In this document: piece by piece, positions 21,589 through 31,480 of the stretch
Position numbering within the stretch: position 1 is the stretch's first letter
Layout: each line of letters opens with the position of its first letter
Origin: Candidatus Woesearchaeota archaeon
GTDB lineage: Archaea > Nanobdellota > Nanobdellia > Woesearchaeales > ARS49
DNA length: 64,000 bases
Reading direction: 5' to 3'
Assembly (NCBI GenBank): GCA_038891615.1
Contig: JAWADY010000003.1
Coordinates: forward strand, 70,977-134,976
Position numbers and translations under genes: made by a program
Notes under the pieces: model-generated
What the model was told of the DNA's origin: nothing
The model's input: the letters and a program-made list of their open reading frames with translations, nothing else
Database searches by the model: none

Positions 21589-22566
21589 TTATTGACTTTT
21601 TGCGCGTTTAGCAAGATACCACTCAACAAACCTTGTCATTCCTTCTTCAATTGTTGTTCTTGGCTCCCAGCCAAGAATTGCCTTTGCTTTTGAGATATCA
21701 GCATGCGTGATTGGAACATCTGCTCGTTGTTCTGGAAGTTTTTGTATGATTGCTTTTTTTCCAACAAGTTTTTCAATAAGCGAAACAAATTGGTTTAACT
21801 CCACAGGTTTGTTATTGCCAAGATTAATTATTTCGAAGGCAAAGCGCTTCTCGGTCGCTGCGAGGATTCCTGAAATAATATCGTCAATAAAAGTATAATC
21901 GCGCTTTGATGTCCCGTCACCATAAATCTCTATTGTTGCTTCCTTTAAAATCTTTTCAGTAAACTTATACGGCGCCATGTCTGGCCGTCCACGTGGGCCA
22001 TAAACAGTGAAGAGCCTTAAGCAGGCAATTGAGAGGCCATAAAGATTGTGGTATGTTCTACACATTAACTCCGCAGAGAGCTTTGTTGCGGCATACGGTG
22101 ATGCTGGTTCATTCAATGGCTCCTTTTCTGAAAATGGAAGATGACTATTTTTGCCATAGACGGACGAAGAAGAGGCAAAAATAAACCTTTTCACACCGAA
22201 TTTCCTTGAGCATTCAAGTAGATTTGTTGTTCCGCCAACATTCACTTCGGCATATAGCTTTGGATTCTCAATCGAGGCACGAACTCCGGCTCTAGCAGCA
22301 AGGTGTATAACTAGTTCAAAATTATGAGTAGCAAATATTTGGTCAAGGGGAGCTCTTATATCGGCTTTGTAAAATGTGAAAGTCTTTTTCTTTTTTAGTT
22401 CTAATATGTTTTCGCATTTGAAAGCTGGGTTATAGTAATCATTTAGGTCATCGATGCAAACAACATCATCCCCTCTTGCTAGTAACTTCTCGCAAAGATG
22501 ACTTCCAATGAAGCCAGCTCCACCAGTAACTAGAACGCGGCTCACTTCGCTTTCCCTTTCAACCAA
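21589..22566 (-). CDS. NAD-dependent epimerase, UDP-glucuronate 4-epimerase-like
   Basis: TGGAGFIG, HLAARAGVR, YAATK and TVYGPRGRPDMA motifs. Confidence 0.88.
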   Translation of the reverse strand: MVERESEVSRVLVTGGAGFIGSHLCEKLLARGDDVVCIDDLNDYYNPAFKCENILELKKKKTFTFYKADIRAPLDQIFATHNFELVIHLAARAGVRASIENPKLYAEVNVGGTTNLLECSRKFGVKRFIFASSSSVYGKNSHLPFSEKEPLNEPASPYAATKLSAELMCRTYHNLYGLSIACLRLFTVYGPRGRPDMAPYKFTEKILKEATIEIYGDGTSKRDYTFIDDIISGILAATEKRFAFEIINLGNNKPVELNQFVSLIEKLVGKKAIIQKLPEQRADVPITHADISKAKAILGWEPRTTIEEGMTRFVEWYLAKRAKSQ

Positions 22567-23501
22567 TCAATCGTTTTTTTCAGTCCTTCTTCAAGAGTTG
22601 TTTTTGGCTTGTAACAAAAGGCCTTTTCTGCCTTTGAGATATCTGCTTTAGACCTTCTAATCTCTCCCTGCCTTGGTTGTTCTCTTATTACTTTAAAATC
22701 CTTTCCAACAAGCTTTCCGACCAGTTTCGCAAGTTCATTAATGGTTGTTTCTTTGCCGCTACCAATGTTGAAGAGCTCAAATGGTGGTGTCTTTTTTTGA
22801 AGAACTGCACTAGCCCATCTTGCGGCCAAAATTGTTGTTCCGATGATATCGTCTATATACACAAAATCGCGGGATTGTTCACCATCGCCGTATATTATTA
22901 TTTCGCCCCTAAGCGCGCCTTCTATAAACCTTGGCACGACGGCATAACCAGCTGTGTTTTGTCCATACCCAAAGACATTGAAATAGCGGAGGCAAAGGAC
23001 AGGTAGCCCATATTCTTTGGCATAAGAAAAGGCTTGCATTTCATTAGTGGCTTTTGTTATAGCATATGGCGTAAAAGGAAAGATTTTGTGATGCTCGCAC
23101 TGTAGTGGCGCGCTGCTTTGACCATAAACAGCTGCCGAGGATGCAATGACAACCGCTTTTACCTCATTTTTTTTGGCTGCCTCAAGAACAGAAGCTGTGC
23201 CAATGATATTAGTTCTGTAGTACTCATTCCAGTCTTTCCATGAATCGAGTGCAGACTGTTTTGCGGCGTAATGCAAAATGTAATCTGCACCTTTAAACGC
23301 GTCAACGAGTTTGTCGGTATTTGTTATGTCTATTTCTTTGAAATCAATCTTTTGTGAAGAGAGCAACTGCTCGAGATTCTCTTTGGAACCATGAGCACTT
23401 AAATTATCTATTACAACTACGCTATCTTCACTTTTAGCCAGCCTTTGTGAGAGTGCGCTTCCAATAAAACCGGCTCCTCCTGTTACAACAAACCTTGCCA
23501 T
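22542..23501 (-). CDS. NAD-dependent epimerase (UDP-Glc/GlcNAc 4-epimerase-like)
   Basis: TGGAGFIG, SSAAVYG, YAITK and GDGEQSRDF motifs. Confidence 0.85.
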   Translation of the reverse strand: MARFVVTGGAGFIGSALSQRLAKSEDSVVVIDNLSAHGSKENLEQLLSSQKIDFKEIDITNTDKLVDAFKGADYILHYAAKQSALDSWKDWNEYYRTNIIGTASVLEAAKKNEVKAVVIASSAAVYGQSSAPLQCEHHKIFPFTPYAITKATNEMQAFSYAKEYGLPVLCLRYFNVFGYGQNTAGYAVVPRFIEGALRGEIIIYGDGEQSRDFVYIDDIIGTTILAARWASAVLQKKTPPFELFNIGSGKETTINELAKLVGKLVGKDFKVIREQPRQGEIRRSKADISKAEKAFCYKPKTTLEEGLKKTIDWLKGKAK

Positions 23502-24802
23502 TATTTTACTGAGACAGCTCTTCCAATTGAAAAGTATTTTATACCAAGCTGGTGCATTCTTTGAGGGTCATATATGTTCCTGCCGTCAAATATGATTGGT
23601 TGCTTTAGTTGTTTTTTTATCCTTTCTATCCTCAAATGCTTGAATTCATCCCATTCCGTTAGAATGAGCAGCGCATCTGCGTTTTCAGCAGCAGCATAAG
23701 GATTGGTGCAGTATGTGATATTTTTGAGAATCTTTTTTGCATTTTCCATTGCCTTTGGGTCATAAGCAGCTATTCCTGCACCAAGCTCCTGCAACTTGGA
23801 TATTATATCGATTGATGGTGCGAAGCGCATATCATCTGTGTTTGGTTTGAAGGCTAAGCCAAGCACACCCAATCTCTTGCCTTTCACTCCCCCAAGCTCT
23901 TTTTCTATCTTTTCAACAAAATACTTGCGCTGACTGACATTTATTTCAGATACTGCCTTCAGCAGAGATGGCGTGATGCCGTGGCGTTCAAATGTGTGAA
24001 TAAATGCATCTAAATCTTTTGGAAAACAAAAACCACCATATCCTATTCCTGCTTTCAGAAAATCGTAACCTATTCTTTTATCAGCTCCAATGCCTTTCAT
24101 AACAACTTCGATGTCAGCCCCTGCTGCTTCGCAAAGCCGCGAAACCAGGTTTGCATATGAAATTTTCATTGCCAAAAACGCATTAGAGGCATGTTTGATG
24201 AGTTCTGCGCTACGCATATCTGTATGAATGATTGGAGCATTAAAAGGCTTGTAAAGCTCTGTAAGAATGGCATCCGCCTTTTGGCTGTCAGTACCAATAA
24301 CAATTCTATCAGGATTCATTGCGTCTTTGAGCGCAGAACCCTCCCTCAAGAACTCAGGATTTACTGCAATGTCGAAGTCAGCCTTTTCTAAATATTTTTG
24401 CATGAGCTCCTTCATCCAGTCTGCTGTCATAACTGGTACTGTGCTTTTTTCAACAATAACCTTATAGCCTTTCATTGATTTTGATATCTCTTTTGCAACA
24501 TGTTCAATTGATGTAAGGTCTGGGCTGCCATCTTTTTTTGGCGGAGTGCCGACGCAAATAAAAACAACTTCAGAATCCTTTATTCCACTTGCAATATCAG
24601 TCGTAAACCTCAACCTTCCTTCTGATTTATGGGCAAGAACAAGCTCTTCTAGGCCAGGCTCGTATATCGGAATTTTTTCATTCTTTAGCAGCTCAATCTT
24701 TTTTTTATCATTATCAATACAGACGACTTGGTTTCCTTTTTCTGCAAACACAGCGCCTGTTACAAGCCCAACATATCCAGAACCAATTATGGAAAGTCTC
24801 AT
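23501..24802 (-). CDS. ugd: UDP-glucose 6-dehydrogenase
   Basis: GSGYVG, NPEFLREG, GYGGFCFPKD and LAFKPNTDD motifs. Confidence 0.93.
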   Translation of the reverse strand: MRLSIIGSGYVGLVTGAVFAEKGNQVVCIDNDKKKIELLKNEKIPIYEPGLEELVLAHKSEGRLRFTTDIASGIKDSEVVFICVGTPPKKDGSPDLTSIEHVAKEISKSMKGYKVIVEKSTVPVMTADWMKELMQKYLEKADFDIAVNPEFLREGSALKDAMNPDRIVIGTDSQKADAILTELYKPFNAPIIHTDMRSAELIKHASNAFLAMKISYANLVSRLCEAAGADIEVVMKGIGADKRIGYDFLKAGIGYGGFCFPKDLDAFIHTFERHGITPSLLKAVSEINVSQRKYFVEKIEKELGGVKGKRLGVLGLAFKPNTDDMRFAPSIDIISKLQELGAGIAAYDPKAMENAKKILKNITYCTNPYAAAENADALLILTEWDEFKHLRIERIKKQLKQPIIFDGRNIYDPQRMHQLGIKYFSIGRAVSVK

Positions 24803-24865
24803 GAAGGCTGTTAAAGGTAATCTCTTTATAAAAATTTTGCTACTTCAGAATAGCATCTTGTTATA

Positions 24866-24878
24866 GAAAAATTTATAA
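24866..24878 (+). promoter_or_regulatory. BRE/TATA promoter of the 5S rRNA gene
   Basis: GAAAAA-TTTATAA about 25 nt upstream of the 5S 5' end. Confidence 0.6.
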
Positions 24879-24902
24879 GGAAAAGCGGATGAAAAATTAA
24901 TA

Positions 24903-25010
24903 GGACGGCCATAGGGGCTGGGTTCTACCCGTTCCCATTCGAACACGGCAGTCAAACCAGCCTCCGTAGCTGAGTGTACTGCGTTACGCGGGAAATCAGC
25001 TAAGCTGTCC
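24903..25010 (+). rRNA. rrf: 5S rRNA (stand-alone, about 108 nt)
   Basis: Helix I GGACGGC/GCTGTCC; GGCCATA, CCCGTTCCCATTCGAACACGG and GTGTACT…GGGAAA hallmarks. Confidence 0.9.
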
Positions 25011-25080
25011 ACTTTTACATCTTTGCTTGAAAAAGAAGTTTCTTAAAAGAGCTAAAAGTTCTAGATGAAATTTATGTTTT

Positions 25081-25434
25081 TTAGCCAGCTCCAAGCCCAA
25101 TCAGCATAGTGCCGCTAACTATCAGTCCTATACCAAGCCATTTCAAAAAGTTCATTCGCTCGTGCAAAAGAGGTATTGCAAGTAATGTTGTCCATATATA
25201 TCCTAAGGAAACAAGTGGGTAAAGGACTGAAAGCTCTCCACCCTTAAGTGCCGGTATGTAGAGCATGGTTGAAAGGGCGTAGATGGCGATTCCTCCTATC
25301 ATGTGATAATTCCTGAACTGTTTTAAGGGATTCAAGTTAAATTGCGCTGCTCCCTTTTTCAACATGATTGGGCCAAGTGAGCCAACCAGAGTTGCCAACG
25401 CAACTAGCCCTATAGACCAAAGTGAGGTTGCCAT
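25081..25434 (-). CDS. Small DMT/EamA-family 4-TM transporter (ArnE/ArnF-like)
   Basis: ALKGGELSVLYPLVSLGYIW motif; 4 TMs. Confidence 0.8.
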   Translation of the reverse strand: MATSLWSIGLVALATLVGSLGPIMLKKGAAQFNLNPLKQFRNYHMIGGIAIYALSTMLYIPALKGGELSVLYPLVSLGYIWTTLLAIPLLHERMNFLKWLGIGLIVSGTMLIGLGAG

Positions 25435-25438
25435 TATT

Positions 25439-25804
25439 CTAGCTCTTTCTCCATTTTTGTAGGGTGTTCGCGCCCATGCCAAGCGTTGTTATGCCCGCAA
25501 CAATCGCAATAATACCTGCAATCTTGGATAGCTCCAGAGTTTCACCAAAGGCAAGCCGGGAAAGAATAACAACCCAAATATAACTTGTTGCAATCATTGG
25601 ATACAAGATTGTAACCTCGCCTCCCTTCAACGCAAACAAAAATATTACCGCAGAAACGCCATATATAGAAAGCCCAATTATTAATTCCCAGTTCCAGAAA
25701 ATGAGTGGGAGCTTTTCAGCACCAGCTTTAGTGAAAAGCTGTGCAATTGATGTAAGCACAGTCATAAGCACCACTAGAACTATTGCCCAACCTTTTGTTG
25801 CCAT
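25439..25804 (-). CDS. Small DMT/EamA-family 4-TM transporter, paralog of the neighbouring gene
   Basis: ALKGGEVTILYPMIATSYIW motif. Confidence 0.8.
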   Translation of the reverse strand: MATKGWAIVLVVLMTVLTSIAQLFTKAGAEKLPLIFWNWELIIGLSIYGVSAVIFLFALKGGEVTILYPMIATSYIWVVILSRLAFGETLELSKIAGIIAIVAGITTLGMGANTLQKWRKS

Positions 25805-25810
25805 GTGCAG

Positions 25811-27427
25811 TTACTCACCTAACAACACTTGCATTATTGCAGCAAATGCAGGCCTTGCAATTAATACACCAAAGCTTGTTGCTGCGATTGTTGTTATTGC
25901 AAATCCCTTTAGCAATCCAGCGCCTGCAAAGAGTAGTGGAATCATTGCAACAAATAGTGTTGAATAAGATGCAAAGATTATTGAAAATGAGCGCTTAATC
26001 TTTTCTTTTATGCTTAAATACTCTGCTGCGCCTTTTCTCTGACTTTCATCTGCGATTATAACAAGTGCATCAACACCAGTTCCTATTGCGATTATTATGC
26101 CAGCTATTGCTGCAAGGTCAATGTTCCAGCCAACAAGTGCTGCAAAACCAAGAATGAGCAAAAGTTCACTAATCAGAATCAAGCCCATTGGAATTGCTAT
26201 CAAAAGATTTCTATAGTGTGCCATGACAACCACACAGACAGCCAAGATTGCGAGCAGGCCAACAAAAATTGCATTTTTTACAAAGCCTTCTCCTAAAACT
26301 GCTGAGATTGTGTCTGTCTTCACTATTTCAAGCTTAACCGGCAGAGACCCTGTGATAAGGATTGTTTGCAGCTTCTTCATATTGTTTAGGGCATCCCTCA
26401 CAGCTTCTTCTTGGCTTACTCCGCTTCCTGGGCCAGAGATTGCAATATCAGTAATCACCCTACCTTTTAGCTCAGCAGCGATGTTAAGGGTATCCACAAG
26501 AGTGTCATCCAGATAAAGGTCAAGTTGTTTTTCAAGGAAGCGCTCTCCGCCTTTTGTTATAATAGGAATTCCGCTTGTTATGTTTGCATGCCTCGCAGCT
26601 GCCTCTGGGCTAAGTGATATGGAAAAACGGAAACCACAGACCCAGCCCCCTTCGATTCTTCCACAGCCTTTTGTTGGGTCAAGGCCTGAGCAGTCCGCTG
26701 TCCTGCATACATATGTTATGTCGCGACCTCCAACAAAGACTGTCTCATTACCAATCTTCGCCTCAAACTTTCCTTGTTTTGCGAGAAGGTCTTTGACCTC
26801 TTCTTCGGTGACTCCTGCGATTTCAACAACGACAAACTGCTTGCCTGTTCCCCCAAGTGTTTTTGGTAGGTCTGATGCTGCCCTTACACTTACATCTGTT
26901 AAGCCAAAAACGTTCAGGCGTTCTTTCATCCCCTCTATGAGAATGTCAAACTCGTTTTGGTCTAGAAGCCGTTCTGGCTGCAGCACAACCCTTGTTCCTC
27001 CCTGAAGCTCAAGCCCTTTTCTTATGTTGCTTTTTGGTGCTGGAAAGACCCTCAAGCCAAGCTCTTCTGCAACAACGCTGCTCTCATTATCAATGAGCTT
27101 TGGTTTTGTGACAAGCTTATATGTCGCCTTGGTTGTTTGAACAGTGATGCTCTCATTAGCTTTTAGTTTTTGAACAAACTTCTCATAATCATTAACATCT
27201 TTTATTCTTATGCCATTCATCCATAGTATCCGCTCACGAGACATTAACGGCTTTGAAGGGTCAGGGCTTGGAATGCCAGCAAGAGCTGCGGAACTATTTC
27301 TAGCAATTGCACGTATTGCAACCCCATCTGCCCATGGACTCGGTTTTATGGCAATGATTGCAAATATCAGAAACAAAAGCAAAATGATGACCCGCCAATT
27401 TGTTAAAATCTTTTTAAGCTTGGACAT
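25811..27427 (-). CDS. secD: Protein translocase subunit SecD
   Basis: GLELQGG, RLNVFGL, GSLPV and IGTGVD motifs. Confidence 0.9.
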   Translation of the reverse strand: MSKLKKILTNWRVIILLLFLIFAIIAIKPSPWADGVAIRAIARNSSAALAGIPSPDPSKPLMSRERILWMNGIRIKDVNDYEKFVQKLKANESITVQTTKATYKLVTKPKLIDNESSVVAEELGLRVFPAPKSNIRKGLELQGGTRVVLQPERLLDQNEFDILIEGMKERLNVFGLTDVSVRAASDLPKTLGGTGKQFVVVEIAGVTEEEVKDLLAKQGKFEAKIGNETVFVGGRDITYVCRTADCSGLDPTKGCGRIEGGWVCGFRFSISLSPEAAARHANITSGIPIITKGGERFLEKQLDLYLDDTLVDTLNIAAELKGRVITDIAISGPGSGVSQEEAVRDALNNMKKLQTILITGSLPVKLEIVKTDTISAVLGEGFVKNAIFVGLLAILAVCVVVMAHYRNLLIAIPMGLILISELLLILGFAALVGWNIDLAAIAGIIIAIGTGVDALVIIADESQRKGAAEYLSIKEKIKRSFSIIFASYSTLFVAMIPLLFAGAGLLKGFAITTIAATSFGVLIARPAFAAIMQVLLGE

Positions 27428-28331
27428 TTTTTCTCTCCTTTAGTTCAAGATAAAGTCTTAGAAGCCCGACATTCTGTATCCATGTATATATCATGTCAAC
27501 AAGCAGTCCTATGAGTGTTATCAGCATTATCTGCCGCACGGTATCTGCTGTGATGAAAATGAGCCCAACAAGGATTGCTGCAAGTGTGGTTGTAGTCATA
27601 GTTAGCCCAGTGCGTATTGCCGAATAAATTCTTTCCATCACGCTCCCTTCCTTCCTCCGCAGAACGTTTGTGCTAAGAAGCATATCTGTATCAATTGAAT
27701 AACCAATGAGCATAAGGAAAGCAGCAACACCAGCTGTTGTTAGCTTTATCCCGGTAAGATTAAAAACAGCCAATGTAACAATGATATCACATATCACACA
27801 ATAGATTGCGATGACGCTTGGCACAAAGCTCCTGAAAAAAAGGAAAACAACAATAGCCATCAACAGGAACGCACCAAGGACTGCTCTTAGTGCAATCTTA
27901 AAGAAGCTTTGCCCAAGCAACGAGCCTGTGAGTTCCATAGAATATTCTTCTCTTTTTAGTCCTAACTTTTCAAGTATTCCGACCATTTGCTGGGTTTGAA
28001 CACCAGCCGCCTCAAGAATAATCTGCTCTTTTCCAAGGAGCCTTAGTGAAACCTCACTGCTCTTGTCCAGCTCTTTTTTCAACAGGCTCTCAAGTTTTTC
28101 TTTGGATATCTTTTCAGCAGGAATCGTTACAACAAGTCCACCTTTTAGGCTTATCCCTTTGTTGACAAAATCGCCTGTTTTTGCAGACTGATAAGCAATT
28201 TGAGCTATGGAAAGAACAAGAAGAAAAATTGGAATTAGCAGTAGTTTTTTGTAATGGTCTTCATAGAGCTTTTTTAGAAAAGGCTTGACTGGTCTCTCGA
28301 GTGCTTCTTTTGAAGACTGCTGCATTTTCAT
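27414..28331 (-). CDS. secF: Protein translocase subunit SecF
   Basis: GISLKGG and LMLIGYSIDTD motifs; overlaps secD. Confidence 0.9.
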   Translation of the reverse strand: MKMQQSSKEALERPVKPFLKKLYEDHYKKLLLIPIFLLVLSIAQIAYQSAKTGDFVNKGISLKGGLVVTIPAEKISKEKLESLLKKELDKSSEVSLRLLGKEQIILEAAGVQTQQMVGILEKLGLKREEYSMELTGSLLGQSFFKIALRAVLGAFLLMAIVVFLFFRSFVPSVIAIYCVICDIIVTLAVFNLTGIKLTTAGVAAFLMLIGYSIDTDMLLSTNVLRRKEGSVMERIYSAIRTGLTMTTTTLAAILVGLIFITADTVRQIMLITLIGLLVDMIYTWIQNVGLLRLYLELKERKNVQA

Positions 28332-28411
28332 CAAAACCCCAAACAGCAAAAAAGAACAGCTTTTATAAAGCTTTTGAGAAAAGGTGAATTGACAACAAGC
28401 ACCAAATAAAG

Positions 28412-29011
28412 CTAGAACACTGCTTTGACAAGCCCTGACCAGAACTTCCAGCCATCAAATGGTGGGATTGGCAGCATGTTAAAAACTAACAGCAAAATGT
28501 TTATTTGCATTGTTAGATAGAGCACAAGCATAGTAGTTCTGAGGCTTTTTGGTGGAAGCTTGCGCCTAGCAAGATATTTCATGGCGACCTTTTTCTTCAA
28601 ACTGCCAAACATAAGCCAAGCTAGTAATCCAAGAACTCCATTTACTGCTGGCCCTGAGCCTGCTATGAGCGCTTGTTGTAGTGATGATAATTGGAGAGTG
28701 CTTGATATGCTCACATAGCCTGGTATAAAAAAGATGAACTTTGAACCAAGAAGCCTAAGGCCAATTCCTAGTGCTAGAAAAGGATACGCTGCGTGAAAAG
28801 TTGCGTTTAAGCCATAGCTAACTGCCACAAACTTGTGCAGCAACTCGTGAAGAATTAGCGCTGGAGCAGTAACCACACATGCTATCCAAAAAGCCTTGAA
28901 ATCAAAACCCTTAACAGGTCTGAGCCTGAATGCGCTTATTGCAGGCATGAATATGTAGCCAACAGCCGCTGTCATCGCCACAATGTCGAGAAGCTCGCGA
29001 ATAGCTATCAT
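28412..29011 (-). CDS. Site-2 protease (M50 family)
   Basis: HELLH zinc motif, GPAVN and FNMLPIPPFDG. Confidence 0.9.
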   Translation of the reverse strand: MIAIRELLDIVAMTAAVGYIFMPAISAFRLRPVKGFDFKAFWIACVVTAPALILHELLHKFVAVSYGLNATFHAAYPFLALGIGLRLLGSKFIFFIPGYVSISSTLQLSSLQQALIAGSGPAVNGVLGLLAWLMFGSLKKKVAMKYLARRKLPPKSLRTTMLVLYLTMQINILLLVFNMLPIPPFDGWKFWSGLVKAVF

Positions 29012-29078
29012 CTCTGTTTACACAAAAATAGGTTTTTTATAAATCTGCCGTTTGCAGAGAAGGCTGATGAGTGAGCTA

Positions 29079-30035
29079 TTAACTGAGCAGATAGTCCTTA
29101 ATTTTTCTTTCTATGAAGAAAAGAGCCTTACCAAAGTTTTCTAAAGAAATACTCCTAAACTCGCTAGCAATTGATGCATCCGCGGCATGAGCATGCCCTC
29201 CACCACCAAAGAGCCTTGCTAAGGCTTTCATGTTTATAGCACAACCAGCCTTACGCCTAAAAGTCAAACCTCCATCTTTATAGACCACTACCGCAACATC
29301 TATGTTTGGAGAGTCAAGAATTGCCTGCGTAGCGTCGCCAGGGCTAAGGCTTTTGTCCGCGAGTCCAAAAGCAAAGTTTTTGTTCAAATAGCTCTTCACA
29401 ACAATGGTGTTTTTGAGTTGAGTTAGTAAATGAGCCTTTCTTTTTAGGTACTCAGCCCTAAATTCTTCAAATTCCTGACACCAGAAGATTCCTTTAGAGA
29501 GTGCATCAACAAGTTGCCTTTTATCAAAATTTGCAGCAATAATGTCCGCGAGCTTTACTGCACGCTGGTCACGCCTTTGCCAAAGGCTTATGTCTGAAGC
29601 AATCGACATAAGTGCACTTGCCACAAGGTCATTTGGAAGGAATCTGTTGTAGGCAAACTCTGTAGCACAAATAAGCCCTTCCTTTCCATCTTTTGCTGAA
29701 AGTGCGTCAAAAATTTTTACAAACCTCTTCATAACAGTGGTTGTGTGTTCAGAACATGGTTGCCAGCTTGACCAATAAACAATTCTGTTGCGCTTGGTGA
29801 GCTTTACAAGCTTTTCCTCTATACTAGAAATTTTCTCTGGGCTAAAGCCGAGAACAAAAAAGAGGCAATTCTCCAGCATTGCCATTTGGTCGAGGACTGA
29901 GTTGTAGTTGACGTAGTTAAAAAATCCACCCAGCTTTGGCTCTTCGCCCCTCAACCTGCCATAGCGAAGAACGATGGCTGCTGCACAAATCCCATCAAGT
30001 TCTTCACTGGCATAAATCACCCACCTCTGGCTCAT
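29079..30035 (-). CDS. DHH/DHHA1-family protein with degenerate catalytic motifs
   Basis: C-terminal FGGGGHAHAA; motif I reads EELDG; no DHH triad. Confidence 0.65.
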   Translation of the reverse strand: MSQRWVIYASEELDGICAAAIVLRYGRLRGEEPKLGGFFNYVNYNSVLDQMAMLENCLFFVLGFSPEKISSIEEKLVKLTKRNRIVYWSSWQPCSEHTTTVMKRFVKIFDALSAKDGKEGLICATEFAYNRFLPNDLVASALMSIASDISLWQRRDQRAVKLADIIAANFDKRQLVDALSKGIFWCQEFEEFRAEYLKRKAHLLTQLKNTIVVKSYLNKNFAFGLADKSLSPGDATQAILDSPNIDVAVVVYKDGGLTFRRKAGCAINMKALARLFGGGGHAHAADASIASEFRSISLENFGKALFFIERKIKDYLLS

Positions 30036-30089
30036 GGCTTATAGGTGGTTTGTGTTTTATTTAAATTTGTCGTCGAATTCGACTTTTGG

Positions 30090-30779
30090 CTATGACATTA
30101 TCCCATACCACTTATAGAGAAGCCTGTCAACAGCCTTGACAAGTTCTAGTTGTCTGCCCTGAACGATTACGCATCTGCCATTAAATACCACTTCAGGCTT
30201 TTCGGACTCACGAATATAAATTACTGCAGTTGCTGCCCTACCTCTTTTATTTGCTTCCTCACAGGTTATTATTGTTCTGTTTGTGCAAGGCCCTGTTACG
30301 TTCTTTGTGCAAGCGGCTTCAAGATTAACCCCAAGAACTTGCGCGAGGCTTATGCTCAGTTCTGCTGCTCCAAGCGCGACATAGGTAAGATTTTCAGTGT
30401 CAGGGTCGAAGGTTATAAATGTGACATTTGCTTCATTAAATGCCTCATCAAGACTGCCGGTTATGCTGACATTTTCCACTTCGTAAGGATTGAATCTGAA
30501 GGGGATTGTATAAAGCTCCTTGCCGTACTGCCATTGAGTAAACCAACTGCCAGCGCTCTTGATAAAATCAAACTGATTATACCTTACCATCTCAATTGGC
30601 TGTTTGGCTGGAAGGAGCTTTAAAACAACAACTATGCCAACAAAAGCCACAACGACAGCTGCGATAAGCAAGACAAAAAGTTTTTGTCTAGAGTCCTCTT
30701 TCTTATGCCCTTCGCTGCTTTTGTCCAAGCTTTTTTGAGCTTGAAGCCCTGGCTCTTTTTTTTCTTCAATGCTTGGCAT
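30090..30779 (-). CDS. Membrane-anchored hypothetical protein (paralog of 30786-31355)
   Basis: Single N-terminal TM, YNxFxF motif, Cys pairs and C-terminal DRLLY. Confidence 0.7.
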   Translation of the reverse strand: MPSIEEKKEPGLQAQKSLDKSSEGHKKEDSRQKLFVLLIAAVVVAFVGIVVVLKLLPAKQPIEMVRYNQFDFIKSAGSWFTQWQYGKELYTIPFRFNPYEVENVSITGSLDEAFNEANVTFITFDPDTENLTYVALGAAELSISLAQVLGVNLEAACTKNVTGPCTNRTIITCEEANKRGRAATAVIYIRESEKPEVVFNGRCVIVQGRQLELVKAVDRLLYKWYGIMS

Positions 30780-30785
30780 TGGTAT

Positions 30786-31355
30786 TCATCTCATTATTCC
30801 TGTTAGTCCATAAACAAGTCTTTCTGCCTGCATAATAATCTCTTGTTCGTTCTGGGCCGAGAGCTTAAGACAGTTCTCGCTGAAATCTGCCCCCTCGCTT
30901 CCTTCAGAAATAAGAACTAATGGTGAAAGGGCTGTTGCATTTCTACAATCAAGCTGAAGTAGGTATCCTGTACTATTTGTTAGGCCCTTTTGGACAAATA
31001 TGCCAAGTTCTGAAAGTGCCTTTTCAAGATAAAACTGTGCTTGGGCCATCCCTTCAACAAGACTTGAATTTGGCTCATAGCTTATTGAAATAACTCTTGA
31101 ATTTTTTAAAGCAGCTATTGCATCAGCTGGAAGGCTTACCGATTCAAGCGCTGTTGGAAGATAGTTGAAGTACAATAGCTTGCCGTCAACCTTTACCTTA
31201 TAGCCTTGTGCTGTCTGAACAAATCTATAGCCGTTGTATTCAAAGCTGCCAGAGCTGCTTTGACCAATAATGAAACCTGCTGTGCTCAATATCATTACTG
31301 CTGCTATGAAGATTGCAATCATCGTTTTCCGCTTTTTTTCCCTTTTGTCTTGCAT
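30786..31355 (-). CDS. Membrane-anchored hypothetical protein
   Basis: N-terminal TM 'MILSTAGF', YNGYRF and C-terminal ERLVY; SD-like GGGTGA upstream. Confidence 0.7.
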   Translation of the reverse strand: MQDKREKKRKTMIAIFIAAVMILSTAGFIIGQSSSGSFEYNGYRFVQTAQGYKVKVDGKLLYFNYLPTALESVSLPADAIAALKNSRVISISYEPNSSLVEGMAQAQFYLEKALSELGIFVQKGLTNSTGYLLQLDCRNATALSPLVLISEGSEGADFSENCLKLSAQNEQEIIMQAERLVYGLTGIMR

Positions 31356-31374
31356 CCTTCACCCTTATGCTAAA

Positions 31375-31471
31375 AGCCCCGGGGGAGAGTTGCACTCCCG
31401 ACCTTCTGCTTACGAGGCAGACGCATTAGCCAACCTCATTCTTTGGTTTCTAGCTGCTGTGCTACCGGGGC
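31375..31471 (-). tRNA. tRNA-Thr(CGU) with a 24-nt intron at position 22/23 (31426-31449)
   Basis: Acceptor GCCCCGG/CCGGGGC; anticodon arm TCTGC-CT CGT AA-GCAGA; full bulge-helix-bulge around the intron. Confidence 0.88.
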
Positions 31472-31480
31472 AGGACAACC

